From positions 1 through 41,777 of the forward strand of contig CAYOAK010000003.1 of the NCBI GenBank assembly GCA_964401925.1: 41,777 nucleotides of DNA. The letters are read 5' to 3'. Under the pieces are notes generated by a model. It had not been told where the DNA came from and did not search any database. It worked only from the letters and a program-made list of their open reading frames with translations. Shown here piece by piece: positions 27,714-36,976 of the stretch. The DNA comes from an uncultured Bdellovibrionales bacterium (lineage in GTDB: Bacteria; Bdellovibrionota_C; UBA2361; SZUA-149; JADYYL01). A program made the translations under genes and the position numbers. Positions within the stretch are counted from its first letter, which is position 1. Every line of letters starts with the position of its first letter.

Positions 27714-28799
27714 TTAAGAGGGGCCTTTCACCGGAACGCCTCGCACCCCTTCAATCCGCTTGAGAACCACCGGATAGGCGAAATACTGGCCGAGCTCCGG
27801 GCTCTCGCGAAAGGAATAGACACCCAGCACGCCCGATTTCTCTCGTGTCGACTGCAGAAGTCCTAACAGATGCCCGGCCGACAAGATCTGCTCAGCGCGA
27901 AAGATCTCTCCGACGAGGATCGTCATATCGTAAGCGCTGCCTGCGAAAGTCAGCTGCGCTTCATTGCCATAAGCAGTGCGGTATCTCGACCGGAATGGAA
28001 CATCGGCGTCATTGTCGGGGTAAAGGCAGCCCTCCGCCAGTCCTCTCCCTTCGGTGAGAGCTGCCGCGGTCTCGCAGAGGTCAGTTCCAAAATACTGTGC
28101 ATCAAGACCAAGCTCGCGCGCTTGACGGAAGAAGGCGATCAATTGCTCTGGCCAGAGAAAAACGCCGATGGCCCGGCGCTTCAAAACCTTCAGCTTCGCA
28201 ATCACACTGCGAAAATCAACCTCCCCCGGAGAGACACGCGCGATCTCCTGAAGCTTGATCTTGCTCCCTCCGGCTTTTCGAACGCCGTCGATCATCGCAC
28301 TGAAGAATGTGGACTCGGTCTGAATGATTGGAAGCTCGTTCTCTCCTGATTTCGCGAGGTAGTCCGCAAGCGCTGCTGTATATTCGCCGGTATGATTCAT
28401 CGAGCGAATGAGAAATTTCTTTCCCACGACCGGCGCGGCCTCAAAACTAAAATTAATGAATGTCAGCTTATCGCGCTCGACGAGCGGTCCGATCGCTTGC
28501 GCTAGATTGGTACCGAAGCCAAGGAGCAAATTCAGCTGGCCCGCCGCTTTGAGCTTCCGGTAAGCTGTGAGTGATTGCTTCGAATCGAACTGATCGTCCT
28601 CGTAAGCGAAAGTCAGATTCTCAAACAGCTCCGGATGCTCCTTCCGAGCGAGCTCAATTCCGTTTTTCACCGCCGTTCCGATCGTTGCCATTGGACCGGT
28701 CAGCGGCGTGATCACGCCGATCCGTAGCTGCCGCTCCTGCGCATCAGAATGAACAGGGCAAAGAATGAGCAGTGAGATGAGAACGAGAAAGCAGCGCAC
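27714..28799 (-). CDS. ABC transporter periplasmic substrate-binding protein (LivJ / branched-chain amino-acid-binding family)
   Basis: Signal peptide, then LRIGVITPLTGPMATIGTAVKNGIELA, typical of the type-I periplasmic-binding fold. No permease or ATPase genes are adjacent. Confidence 0.8.
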   Translation of the reverse strand: MRCFLVLISLLILCPVHSDAQERQLRIGVITPLTGPMATIGTAVKNGIELARKEHPELFENLTFAYEDDQFDSKQSLTAYRKLKAAGQLNLLLGFGTNLAQAIGPLVERDKLTFINFSFEAAPVVGKKFLIRSMNHTGEYTAALADYLAKSGENELPIIQTESTFFSAMIDGVRKAGGSKIKLQEIARVSPGEVDFRSVIAKLKVLKRRAIGVFLWPEQLIAFFRQARELGLDAQYFGTDLCETAAALTEGRGLAEGCLYPDNDADVPFRSRYRTAYGNEAQLTFAGSAYDMTILVGEIFRAEQILSAGHLLGLLQSTREKSGVLGVYSFRESPELGQYFAYPVVLKRIEGVRGVPVKGPS

Positions 28800-28865
28800 T
28801 TGATCCTCCGAACTGGAATCAAAGATGCGCGTCTACGCGCTGATCAGGGAGCACGTCAAGCGGCG

Positions 28866-31817
28866 CTACTGCAGGAACGCTTCTCCGCGTTTGACTCGAA
28901 CGGCGCTCGAGACCTCGGGCGGTGAAACGGTTGTGCCGTCGATCTTCCCTATCCAGATTTTTCTGTCTGTTGTGAGAACCGCAAACCAGGTTTGCCCATT
29001 GGCGTAGGCGCCCGCAACAGCTTGCTGAGCCCGAGGAACCGCAAGCGAGTTGGAAGAATTTCTCCATGCCGATTGCGAACGGTCATAAACAAGCAGCTTG
29101 ATCGCCTTCGTGCTTCGACTAAAGAAGGCGAGATTCACCGGCGCGCTGCCTGAAGCTGGAAGCGCGAGGTAGCTCCCTGAGGAGATGCTCCGCGGCAGAC
29201 TCGCTGTCTCAAGCACTTTTGCCCCATCCCGACTGAGAAGCTGAGCTTTGCGGTTCAACAGCACCAGGAACAAAGTATCGCCATTCGCGGTCATCACGCA
29301 GCTCGCTGACGTGACGCCTTTAGGAAGGCTGACTGTCGTCCCGGAGGACGTCCCCGGTGTGAGCAACTGAATAGATCGCCGAGTACTGTTCATCGCCGCG
29401 GGGACAAACTGCCCTCCAATCGCGCAACCAAGCAGCGGCGTATCGCGGCCGGTCCCAAACGCACCCAGAGAGACTTTATGCCCTGTAAGCGGATCGAGCG
29501 CTCCCCAACTCAACTTGTCTGTGCTTCGTGCTCCGCGTTTCACAGAGATGACCTTCGCGCGTCCAGTCCCGTCGATCTCACCAACGCCAACCTTCATCAC
29601 CCTGGAGATGCTTCCTTCGTGGGTTGGACCGCTACCGACCTCTTGTGGCTCCGAAAGGAATGCCCGGAAGGCGGTGTTATTCAGGAGGACAAGATCGCTC
29701 GAACCATCCCCATTGAGATCGCGTAGAACATGCGGAGCGGCATCGCAGAGATCTCCTACGCCATCGCCGTCAGCGTCCGCCTGATCAGCGTTCGACACAG
29801 CGGGGCAGTTGTCGCTCGTATCGGGGGCACCATCTCCGTCAACGTCGGATGGCACCACGACAGCGGGCATAAACACAGCAGTAAATGTCGTGTTGGTAAG
29901 CGGTGTGTCGATGGTGTGAACAAGCTGCCCACTGTCGGACCAGAGTGCGAAATTATAGGTAATCCCGTTTAGTGTCTGCGGCGCGAGTGTGCCGATTGCA
30001 CGCGTTGTCCCGACAACTCCTTCGACCGATTTCGGCGCGGTCTGTGGCTGGCCGTCCAGTGTAACCGTAAGACCAGCCGGTGAAGTCTGTAGAGTGAAAG
30101 TGGACTTCCGCGGCAACACATCCCGAGTCGACTGATGGATTGCCCCTTGTGAGTCAGTCACTGTGAGCTGAATTCGATACCAGACGTTCGCCGAGGTCTC
30201 TCCGAGCTTCGGAATTTGGAACGAGCCGGTTCTGGTCTGTGTCAGCGGGCCGAGGAACGGATGCGAATGAGTGTCGTGATGGAATGCGACGCTCCACGAG
30301 AAAGCACTCGCAGGAAGAGTCCCATCCTGCGAGTCCGTGGCAGTGCCGGAGAAACTGATTGTATCGCCTGCACTGTAAAGGGCTCCGTTTCCAGGACTAA
30401 CGATTGTTCCTACCGGCGCAGTATTCTGTCCCGTGACCGTAATTTGCCTCGATGCTGAATTCGTACCGCCACGCCCGTCTGACACTGTCAGGGTCGAAGT
30501 AAATACGCCCGGCGTGGAGTAGGTGTGACTCGTCGTAACACCGGATGCCGTCGGCGACCCATCGCCAAAGTTCCACGAATAGGTGAGCGTGTCTCCGTCA
30601 CTATCGCTGCTTTGTCCCCCGCTGAAATTTACATTCAGAGGCACTGTGCCCGAAGTCGCCGAAGGTGAGTTCACAGCAACCGGTGCCTGATTTGGGGCCG
30701 TGCCCGTGTAAGTGATTCTGCGAACTGCGCCGCCGCTGAACGCTAAGTAATACAGCGTTCCGTCAGGCCCAGTTTCCAGAGAAACGGGGGAATCTACCCC
30801 CGTAGCGAACGCCGACATCTGATTCGATTGATTCAATCCGCGAATAAAATTCCCGATGTAATCCGAAAAGAAGTAGACGCCGGTATACGATGCGGGGAAC
30901 TGCGATCCTCGATAGAAGACCCCTCCCGTGATCGCGAAGCCTTCCGGATGGGCGTAGGCGTAGATCGGATTCGTCATTCCAGTTGCAGAGCAGACACCTT
31001 CGCAAGTCGGCCAGCCGTAGTTCGCGCCCCTCGCAAGCTGATTCACTTCCTCCCAAGTATTCTGCCCGACATCGTTGACGTAAATCCTTGAGCTCCCCGG
31101 ATCGACAGCAAAGGTATACGGATTCCGCAGCCCAAGCGCCCAGATCTCACCGCGCGCTCCGGACGTTCCGACGAAGGGATTGTCAGACGGAATCGTTCCG
31201 TTCGAGTTAATCCGCAGGATCTTTCCCAGGAGGTTCGTGAGTGTTTGTGCATTCGCCGATACGGCATTGTCGCCGACTGCAATATAGAGCTTTCCGTCTT
31301 GCCCAAAGTGGATCGCTCCGCCGTTGTGATTACCCGCACTGACAAAGATGTCGTCGAGGATCACCGTTTCGCTTCCTGCCTCCACGAGATCGGGATTTGA
31401 GACGCTTGCACGAAAGCTGCTCACCCGATTCTTCAGCGGGGAATTGTTCGTATAGTAAAGATAGAGAGTCCGATTGGTCGCGAAATTCGGATCGAAGGCG
31501 ATGCCGAGCAACCCGCGCTCGGATGAAGTATTCACAGGAAGGTTGACAAATGGTGTCGCGAGGAGCTGGCCATTTTTAATGATTCGCAGGCGGCCCGCCT
31601 TCTCGGCAACGAACAGTCTGCCGTCCGGAGAGAAGCGCATCGTCGTCGGCTGTTGCAAGCCCGAGGCAACTACGGATTCCTGGAAATCAGGGGGAAGCGC
31701 CGCTGCAACGGTGTGGAGAATGGTGAGGATGAGGAAAGCAAGAATGCTTCCGGATAGAACGTAGAGAGCTGTCTTCAGTTGCGGGGCGATGACCCGAACA
31801 ATGCGATCATCTCGCAT
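28866..31817 (-). CDS. membrane-anchored PQQ-dependent sugar (glucose/sorbosone) dehydrogenase-like beta-propeller with PKD, thrombospondin-type-3-like and C-terminal beta-rich domains
   Basis: N-terminal TM helix. GSDH motifs (RGLLGIAFDPNF, HNGGAIHFGQDGKLYIAVGD, EIWALGLRNPYTF, ANYGWP). PKD domain (YSWNFGDGS...HTY..PG.F...LTVSD). Calcium-binding D-x-D-x-DG repeats (DVDGDGAPDTSDNCP..DADGDGVGDLCD), then an FG-GAP-like LNGDGSSDLVLL. Confidence 0.85.
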   Translation of the reverse strand: MRDDRIVRVIAPQLKTALYVLSGSILAFLILTILHTVAAALPPDFQESVVASGLQQPTTMRFSPDGRLFVAEKAGRLRIIKNGQLLATPFVNLPVNTSSERGLLGIAFDPNFATNRTLYLYYTNNSPLKNRVSSFRASVSNPDLVEAGSETVILDDIFVSAGNHNGGAIHFGQDGKLYIAVGDNAVSANAQTLTNLLGKILRINSNGTIPSDNPFVGTSGARGEIWALGLRNPYTFAVDPGSSRIYVNDVGQNTWEEVNQLARGANYGWPTCEGVCSATGMTNPIYAYAHPEGFAITGGVFYRGSQFPASYTGVYFFSDYIGNFIRGLNQSNQMSAFATGVDSPVSLETGPDGTLYYLAFSGGAVRRITYTGTAPNQAPVAVNSPSATSGTVPLNVNFSGGQSSDSDGDTLTYSWNFGDGSPTASGVTTSHTYSTPGVFTSTLTVSDGRGGTNSASRQITVTGQNTAPVGTIVSPGNGALYSAGDTISFSGTATDSQDGTLPASAFSWSVAFHHDTHSHPFLGPLTQTRTGSFQIPKLGETSANVWYRIQLTVTDSQGAIHQSTRDVLPRKSTFTLQTSPAGLTVTLDGQPQTAPKSVEGVVGTTRAIGTLAPQTLNGITYNFALWSDSGQLVHTIDTPLTNTTFTAVFMPAVVVPSDVDGDGAPDTSDNCPAVSNADQADADGDGVGDLCDAAPHVLRDLNGDGSSDLVLLNNTAFRAFLSEPQEVGSGPTHEGSISRVMKVGVGEIDGTGRAKVISVKRGARSTDKLSWGALDPLTGHKVSLGAFGTGRDTPLLGCAIGGQFVPAAMNSTRRSIQLLTPGTSSGTTVSLPKGVTSASCVMTANGDTLFLVLLNRKAQLLSRDGAKVLETASLPRSISSGSYLALPASGSAPVNLAFFSRSTKAIKLLVYDRSQSAWRNSSNSLAVPRAQQAVAGAYANGQTWFAVLTTDRKIWIGKIDGTTVSPPEVSSAVRVKRGEAFLQ

Positions 31818-31976
31818 ACTACGCCTTCTCTGATCATGGGCAGACGCCCACGATTGATGGAACCAGCCTCTCTATTATGGAGCGTACTCCTGTTGGAGTG
31901 TCGCCAAAAGGAATTTATGCCGGCGGCACCTAAGCCGTTGCATCCAAGAGCGAATATCGTGCCAACACTTCGCAGC

Positions 31977-32813
31977 CTATTCCGGTGCACTCAGCTCAGC
32001 ATTTGTTTGCCTTGTTCCGCCGACATAAGTGCACGAAGCTTCGAGCATTGTGGGATAGAACTGTAGCGAACGGAGGATGCGCGCGATCCAGGACGAGGTC
32101 ATCCGGTAGCCGTAATATGTCACCGAGCATTTATTGACACCTGGAGCTATCGGCGCGACGACGTGGTCCGGCACATAGATCGGATTGTCATACTTCCAAA
32201 GCTTCCATACGTCGTGCGAGAGCCGCGGCCGGACGCGGAAATATGCAGCGTCCGCCTCTGCACACATTCCGGCCGCCCTGCAGCCGCGCACTGAGTGGAT
32301 GTTCTCTTCGTGATCGATCTCTTCGGAGTTGTTCAAGTAGAAGGTCTCCGTCCGCATCGAAGTCGCCATGAGTATCCCGTCACTCACCGGCTCAATCGTC
32401 ACAAATCGAATTGCGTCTCCAAGTCCGGTCGGGCTCATCCCTGCAAGAACGAGAAAAGTGAAGCCCATGACGAATCCCGCTCTCCGGCGTGAGAGGACTC
32501 GTTCACCGGTTTTTCGATCGGTGCGAAAGGCGAAGCGCTGCCAGAATCTTCGATACTGGCGGAGTACCCACCGAATAGGCGGGCCAATGACATTCCAGAT
32601 CGGCTGAAGGAAGTGGAGATAGAATCCCAGCGTTCCCTCTTTAACGTTAACGACTGTACGTCGTACGTAACGAACATCGTCCGCTAATCCTTGCAGCGTT
32701 CCCGGTTCGGTAACCGGAGGGGGCTTTGGTTTTCCGGAGCGAGCGTGAAGCATCTTCGCCTCCGCCAGCAGCCGATCGGCCTGTTCGCTCGAGCTCTCTT
32801 CTTCATCGCTCAT
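31977..32813 (-). CDS. hypothetical membrane protein (last gene of the ClpB-like operon; possibly DUF1523-related)
   Basis: Starts 10 nt after the ClpB-like stop. One clear TM helix (FVMGFTFLVLAGMS) and a Cys-containing extracytoplasmic domain with ..VTYYGYR.. that weakly recalls DUF1523. The family call is low confidence. Confidence 0.65.
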   Translation of the reverse strand: MSDEEESSSEQADRLLAEAKMLHARSGKPKPPPVTEPGTLQGLADDVRYVRRTVVNVKEGTLGFYLHFLQPIWNVIGPPIRWVLRQYRRFWQRFAFRTDRKTGERVLSRRRAGFVMGFTFLVLAGMSPTGLGDAIRFVTIEPVSDGILMATSMRTETFYLNNSEEIDHEENIHSVRGCRAAGMCAEADAAYFRVRPRLSHDVWKLWKYDNPIYVPDHVVAPIAPGVNKCSVTYYGYRMTSSWIARILRSLQFYPTMLEASCTYVGGTRQTNAELSAPE

Positions 32814-32823
32814 GCGAGTCCCT

Positions 32824-35052
32824 TCACAAGGCGGCCGCGAGCTTCGCCGGAGCCGGTGCGAAGCCGATTCGATCGTGTGCCGGATCGTAAGTCACAAATA
32901 TCTCCCCCGTGACATTCCCCTCGCCCAGCACGAGGTCGGCCAACCCTGAGGTAATCTGCCGGTCGATAAAACCGAGAATGCTCCGTGCGCCTTCCCGGGG
33001 AACGTACTTCGCATCAATCATCGCTGCGAGGTCCTGATCCGCGATCGTCAATTGAATATTTCGATCGGCAACGAGCTTGTTGATCCGCGCCAGATCTTTT
33101 CGCGCGATGACTTGAAGCACAGGGATCTGCAACCGCTGGAAGCAGTAGATATTCCCGCCGAACCGTCCAAGGAACTCCGGCTTGTATTGGGTGCGCAGCT
33201 CGGTAAGCGCAAGCTCTTTCGACTCCTCGAATGGAATCGCCGGATCGAGGAAATGCGGAGTCCCGATATTCGTCGTCATGATGATGACGGAATCTTTGAA
33301 AGAGGCGGTGAGCCCGCGGCTGTCCGTCAGCCGGGCGTCATCAAGAACCTGCAGCATGAGATTGAAGACGTCGACATGTGCCTTCTCGATCTCGTCGAAG
33401 AGTACAACGCTGTAGGGATTCCTGCGGGCCGCGTTTGTCAGAATCCCGCCGTGCTCATACCCTTCGTATCCGGGAGGTGCTCCGATGAGCTTCGCCACGG
33501 CGTGCTTCTCCATGTATTCCGACATATCGAAGCGCAGCAGCGGAACCTGCAGAGCTTCGGCAAGGCCTTTTGCCAGCTCCGTCTTTCCGACACCGGACGG
33601 TCCGAGGAACATGAAAGTGCCCGACGGCTTATTCGGCATTTTCAGCCCGAGCCTTGCCCGCTTCACCGCTTTTGCGACCTCAGTTGTCGGCTCTGTCTGC
33701 CCAATCACCCGCGCACTCAGCACTGATTCAAGATTCTTCAGTCTTATCCGCTCATCCTCCGTAAGCGTATCCACCGGGATGCCGGAGAGAGAGCTGAACG
33801 ACTTGAGCACCGCTGAGTCGTCAATAGAGAGACCTGCATAGATCTCTGCGACCTTTTTCTTATACTGGTCAGTTGATTGGTTGATCAGCTCGCTCAGCTT
33901 CTGAATTCTCGTCTTGATCGCCCCGATCTCGGGCGTCTCGAAGTTTGCATTTCCCAGAATTGCAGTAAGCGACCCCTGCTTGCCGGCGCTTGGCGTCATG
34001 CCGCCCGCCTGGGATGATCGCTCCACATGCTGTGCACGCTGCGCCTGCTCCCCTTTCAATAGCTCGATCGAATCCTCGAGCTTTCGGATCTCCTCTTCGC
34101 CGTCAGTAATATCTTTGTAGAGGAGGCGCACGGCAGTCTGCCGCGCTTCCCAGCTTCCTCTTTCGGCGTCGATTTTCTTGAGAAGCTCGCTGTGCTTCAC
34201 GGAAAGGTCCTGTCGAGAAGGCTCAGCCCGCAGCGCCGCCTCAACGGCCTTCGACTCGATCTTCAGCGCTTCAATATGCTGAGGCGCAATATGCGCCTGG
34301 CGGCAATAATCGGTCAGCGCCCGATCGAGGAGAGTGATAGCGGCATCCGGCTGCGCGCGAAGCTCGGCGAGTTTGTATTTTTCGGTTAGGACCGCAGCCG
34401 TCTCCACAGCCGCAGGTTTGATCTTGATTCCGTGATGCCGTTCGAGCGGTTGCACTGCCTCTTCCAGGATAATCCGCAGATTCTCCGGATTTGGCTCCTT
34501 CACCTCGTAGAGCGTGCAACATTCGAGGATATCCCCGTCGCACTTGAGAATCTCGCCAAGATTGTCATCTTTCGTTTCGAAGATCGCCTGACACTTGCCG
34601 GCTTTAAGATCGCCCATCAGGCCGTTGATCAAATTGGTGCAGCCGTGCGCCTGCGCTGCGCGAATGAAATCGATCGTATCCTCGATGACGAGCACTGAGT
34701 TCCGTGACCTGAGCAGCGTCTGGCGGACCCGCTCGAAAAGCGAGTTGATCACGGGGGCGTTTCCCGACTCGAAAAGCTTGTCCGAGTTCAGCCAATAGAA
34801 GCGCTTGCCGACAATGTCGACCGGGGTGCGGTGGTCTCTCTTCAGGCTTTGTATCCCAAGGACAATCGCACTAATTCCGACGCCACCCCGGCCCGTGATG
34901 ATCAGATTGTTCTTCCGCATCTTCATCAGTACGGAAGAGAGCTCTTCGAGCTCCTGATCCCGGCCGACGAGACGAAAGTCCGGAATGCCGCTTAGGACAT
35001 CGCTACCGCGGGAGAGAATGTTGCTGATCGAGACAACATTTGACGGCTGCAT
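32824..35052 (-). CDS. ClpB/Hsp104-class double AAA+ ATPase lacking the Clp N-domain, with degenerate NBD1
   Basis: NBD2 is intact: Walker A GPSGVGKT, Walker B VVLFDEIEKAH, sensor-1 IIMTTN, PEFLGRF, sensor-2 REGAR. NBD1 Walker A reads GRGGVGIS (no Lys) and Walker B reads VLVIEDT. A coiled-coil middle region of ~160 aa lies between LRAQPDAAITLLDRA and the IPV..L..E motif. Confidence 0.9.
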   Translation of the reverse strand: MQPSNVVSISNILSRGSDVLSGIPDFRLVGRDQELEELSSVLMKMRKNNLIITGRGGVGISAIVLGIQSLKRDHRTPVDIVGKRFYWLNSDKLFESGNAPVINSLFERVRQTLLRSRNSVLVIEDTIDFIRAAQAHGCTNLINGLMGDLKAGKCQAIFETKDDNLGEILKCDGDILECCTLYEVKEPNPENLRIILEEAVQPLERHHGIKIKPAAVETAAVLTEKYKLAELRAQPDAAITLLDRALTDYCRQAHIAPQHIEALKIESKAVEAALRAEPSRQDLSVKHSELLKKIDAERGSWEARQTAVRLLYKDITDGEEEIRKLEDSIELLKGEQAQRAQHVERSSQAGGMTPSAGKQGSLTAILGNANFETPEIGAIKTRIQKLSELINQSTDQYKKKVAEIYAGLSIDDSAVLKSFSSLSGIPVDTLTEDERIRLKNLESVLSARVIGQTEPTTEVAKAVKRARLGLKMPNKPSGTFMFLGPSGVGKTELAKGLAEALQVPLLRFDMSEYMEKHAVAKLIGAPPGYEGYEHGGILTNAARRNPYSVVLFDEIEKAHVDVFNLMLQVLDDARLTDSRGLTASFKDSVIIMTTNIGTPHFLDPAIPFEESKELALTELRTQYKPEFLGRFGGNIYCFQRLQIPVLQVIARKDLARINKLVADRNIQLTIADQDLAAMIDAKYVPREGARSILGFIDRQITSGLADLVLGEGNVTGEIFVTYDPAHDRIGFAPAPAKLAAAL

Positions 35053-35079
35053 AGAGAACCTACTGAGCGGCGTGAAGCA

Positions 35080-36777
35080 TTACCGGCTGCTGCGGAGCTT
35101 ATCGAACGGATTCTGCGGACCGGCCGGAGCGGCAGCTTTCGGCTCGGCACGGGGCTCGTCTGCTCCGATACCGGAGTCGGCTCTGTCAGAGACGAGATCT
35201 TTGATCGCCTCCTGAACATGCCCCGAGACCATCCGAATCGCCTGAACTGTATCTCGCATGCGGCCGTAACCTTCACTTGCGATCTCGCTGGAGGCTTTCA
35301 GGACGTCCCCATAGTCCTGAAGCTCGCCGACGAGGCGGGCGATCTGATTCGCTTCGACCTCAACGTTCGTCGCATTCCGCACGACCTCTTGCGAGATGAT
35401 CGTCTGATTCTGCTCCGCCATCTTCGCGAAGTTATTCGCGGCGATCGATCGGGACTCGCTCGTCGCTGCGGCTGAGATCGCACTCATCACGGACATAAGT
35501 TGCTCACCCATCTGAGAGACGCCTTCGAGGTGCAGCCGCTTCGTGCTCGAGCTCTCGTTCCGGAGGGTGTCTTTGTAGGCTTGAATCTGTACCGCATGCT
35601 TGGTCAGACCGCCGATCGAGTTGGCAATATCGACCGACCCATCGTTGGTAAGCGTGATGTGCTCATTCAGCTCATTCAGTTTTTCCTCACGTGTCATGCG
35701 CGAGATAGGACTCTCATCTGAGGGGGTGCTCGTCAGCTCGCGCTTTACGCCGTCGTTCGCTTTCGCAACGTTTTTCAGCGACTCATCCATGATCAGATGC
35801 ATGTTCCTGAGCATGCCGTTTGCATCGCTCATCACCTCGGCGTGCTTGCCCAGGCGCCCAAGGGTTTGGAGAACGCTTTTCAGGCGGCTGTCGGAGGTAT
35901 CTACATACTTCACGGCGGAATCGATCAAGGCTCGCTGACGGTCGCGATTCGCATCTTTGGTGAGGTCGAGAAACTCTCGGAGCACCTCTTTTTGACGCTT
36001 CAGCTCCGGATTGCTGGAGTGCGGGCCTTGGGCGAGCTCCAGGCGTTTTTTCTCGATCTGGCGCACAATATCGCCGATCGCATCGGAGAGCAGCGGCCGA
36101 TCCACGAATTCAATCTCGTGTCCCCGTTCCTTCGCAGCCTTGCTCACTGGTCCGAGTCCGAAGAGTGTCTTCTCCTCTGCCAGCCTCGCCTTTTCACGGG
36201 CGAGATTTTCGAGCTTGAGCTTTGAATTCTTCAGATCGTTTTCGAGCTTCGCGAGCCCTTTCGTCTGTGCCTCTTGCCAGGCTTTGTCATTCTCGATCTC
36301 GCGGTAGACGTCAGTGATCTTATCCTGTTTTCGGATCTCAAAGACGGCCGTCAGCACTTCGAGCAACGGCTTGACCCGGTCCTGAAACTCGATCGATGAC
36401 TTTGTCATCTCGTCAATCACGGACTGCAGCTCGGCGAATGCTTCTGTGTCCTGCAATTGGATTCCTTCACGGTTGAGCAATTTGCGTTGCTCTTGCAGGT
36501 ATTCCTTGAACTCGTTGAACGCTTCGAGCTTCGCGCGGTTCTCCTCCTTGGTACTCTCTTTGGAAAACTGGAGAATTTTGGCGAGCTCATCCCGCTTCTG
36601 TTCCGGCGAGAGTGTTGGGTTCAGCATGATTTGTGCGTAGACATTTGTCTGCGCAAGGGAAGAGAAGTCGACCTGTTCGGTTGTCCCCTGTTTGGCTTTG
36701 TTCGCCCGCTGCTCTGAGATCTGTTGTGCGTCTGCGACAACACTCTTGACCGATCTTTTGACCGCTGACTCTGACAT
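35080..36777 (-). CDS. hypothetical 565-aa coiled-coil protein (first gene of the ClpB-like operon)
   Basis: GGAAG is 6 nt upstream of the ATG. The composition is almost entirely helical and charged with heptad-like stretches, and there is no signal peptide or TM helix. It ends 27 nt before the ClpB-like start. Confidence 0.75.
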   Translation of the reverse strand: MSESAVKRSVKSVVADAQQISEQRANKAKQGTTEQVDFSSLAQTNVYAQIMLNPTLSPEQKRDELAKILQFSKESTKEENRAKLEAFNEFKEYLQEQRKLLNREGIQLQDTEAFAELQSVIDEMTKSSIEFQDRVKPLLEVLTAVFEIRKQDKITDVYREIENDKAWQEAQTKGLAKLENDLKNSKLKLENLAREKARLAEEKTLFGLGPVSKAAKERGHEIEFVDRPLLSDAIGDIVRQIEKKRLELAQGPHSSNPELKRQKEVLREFLDLTKDANRDRQRALIDSAVKYVDTSDSRLKSVLQTLGRLGKHAEVMSDANGMLRNMHLIMDESLKNVAKANDGVKRELTSTPSDESPISRMTREEKLNELNEHITLTNDGSVDIANSIGGLTKHAVQIQAYKDTLRNESSSTKRLHLEGVSQMGEQLMSVMSAISAAATSESRSIAANNFAKMAEQNQTIISQEVVRNATNVEVEANQIARLVGELQDYGDVLKASSEIASEGYGRMRDTVQAIRMVSGHVQEAIKDLVSDRADSGIGADEPRAEPKAAAPAGPQNPFDKLRSSR

Positions 36778-36976
36778 AGGGATCTTCCAAATTTAAGAAA
36801 TCTCGGGCCCACCAGTTAAGAAGAGTGTGATGCTCTCCTTGCGGCATGGAATCGGCAACCGTTTCCACCCGCTTAAACGGAATGCATCGGAGACACGTCG
36901 TTCAGGAGAGGATAAGTTCCTCAGTAATCTTGGCAGGAATCGCAGACTGTGAGGTCCTGCTCAGGTAAGAGCGCGA

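Noticed and set aside
32824-35052. Interpretation as T6SS ClpV (TssH)
   Set aside because: No TssB/C, Hcp, VgrG, TssK/F/G or other T6SS genes are present in the window. The protein also lacks the ClpV N-domain that binds the sheath.
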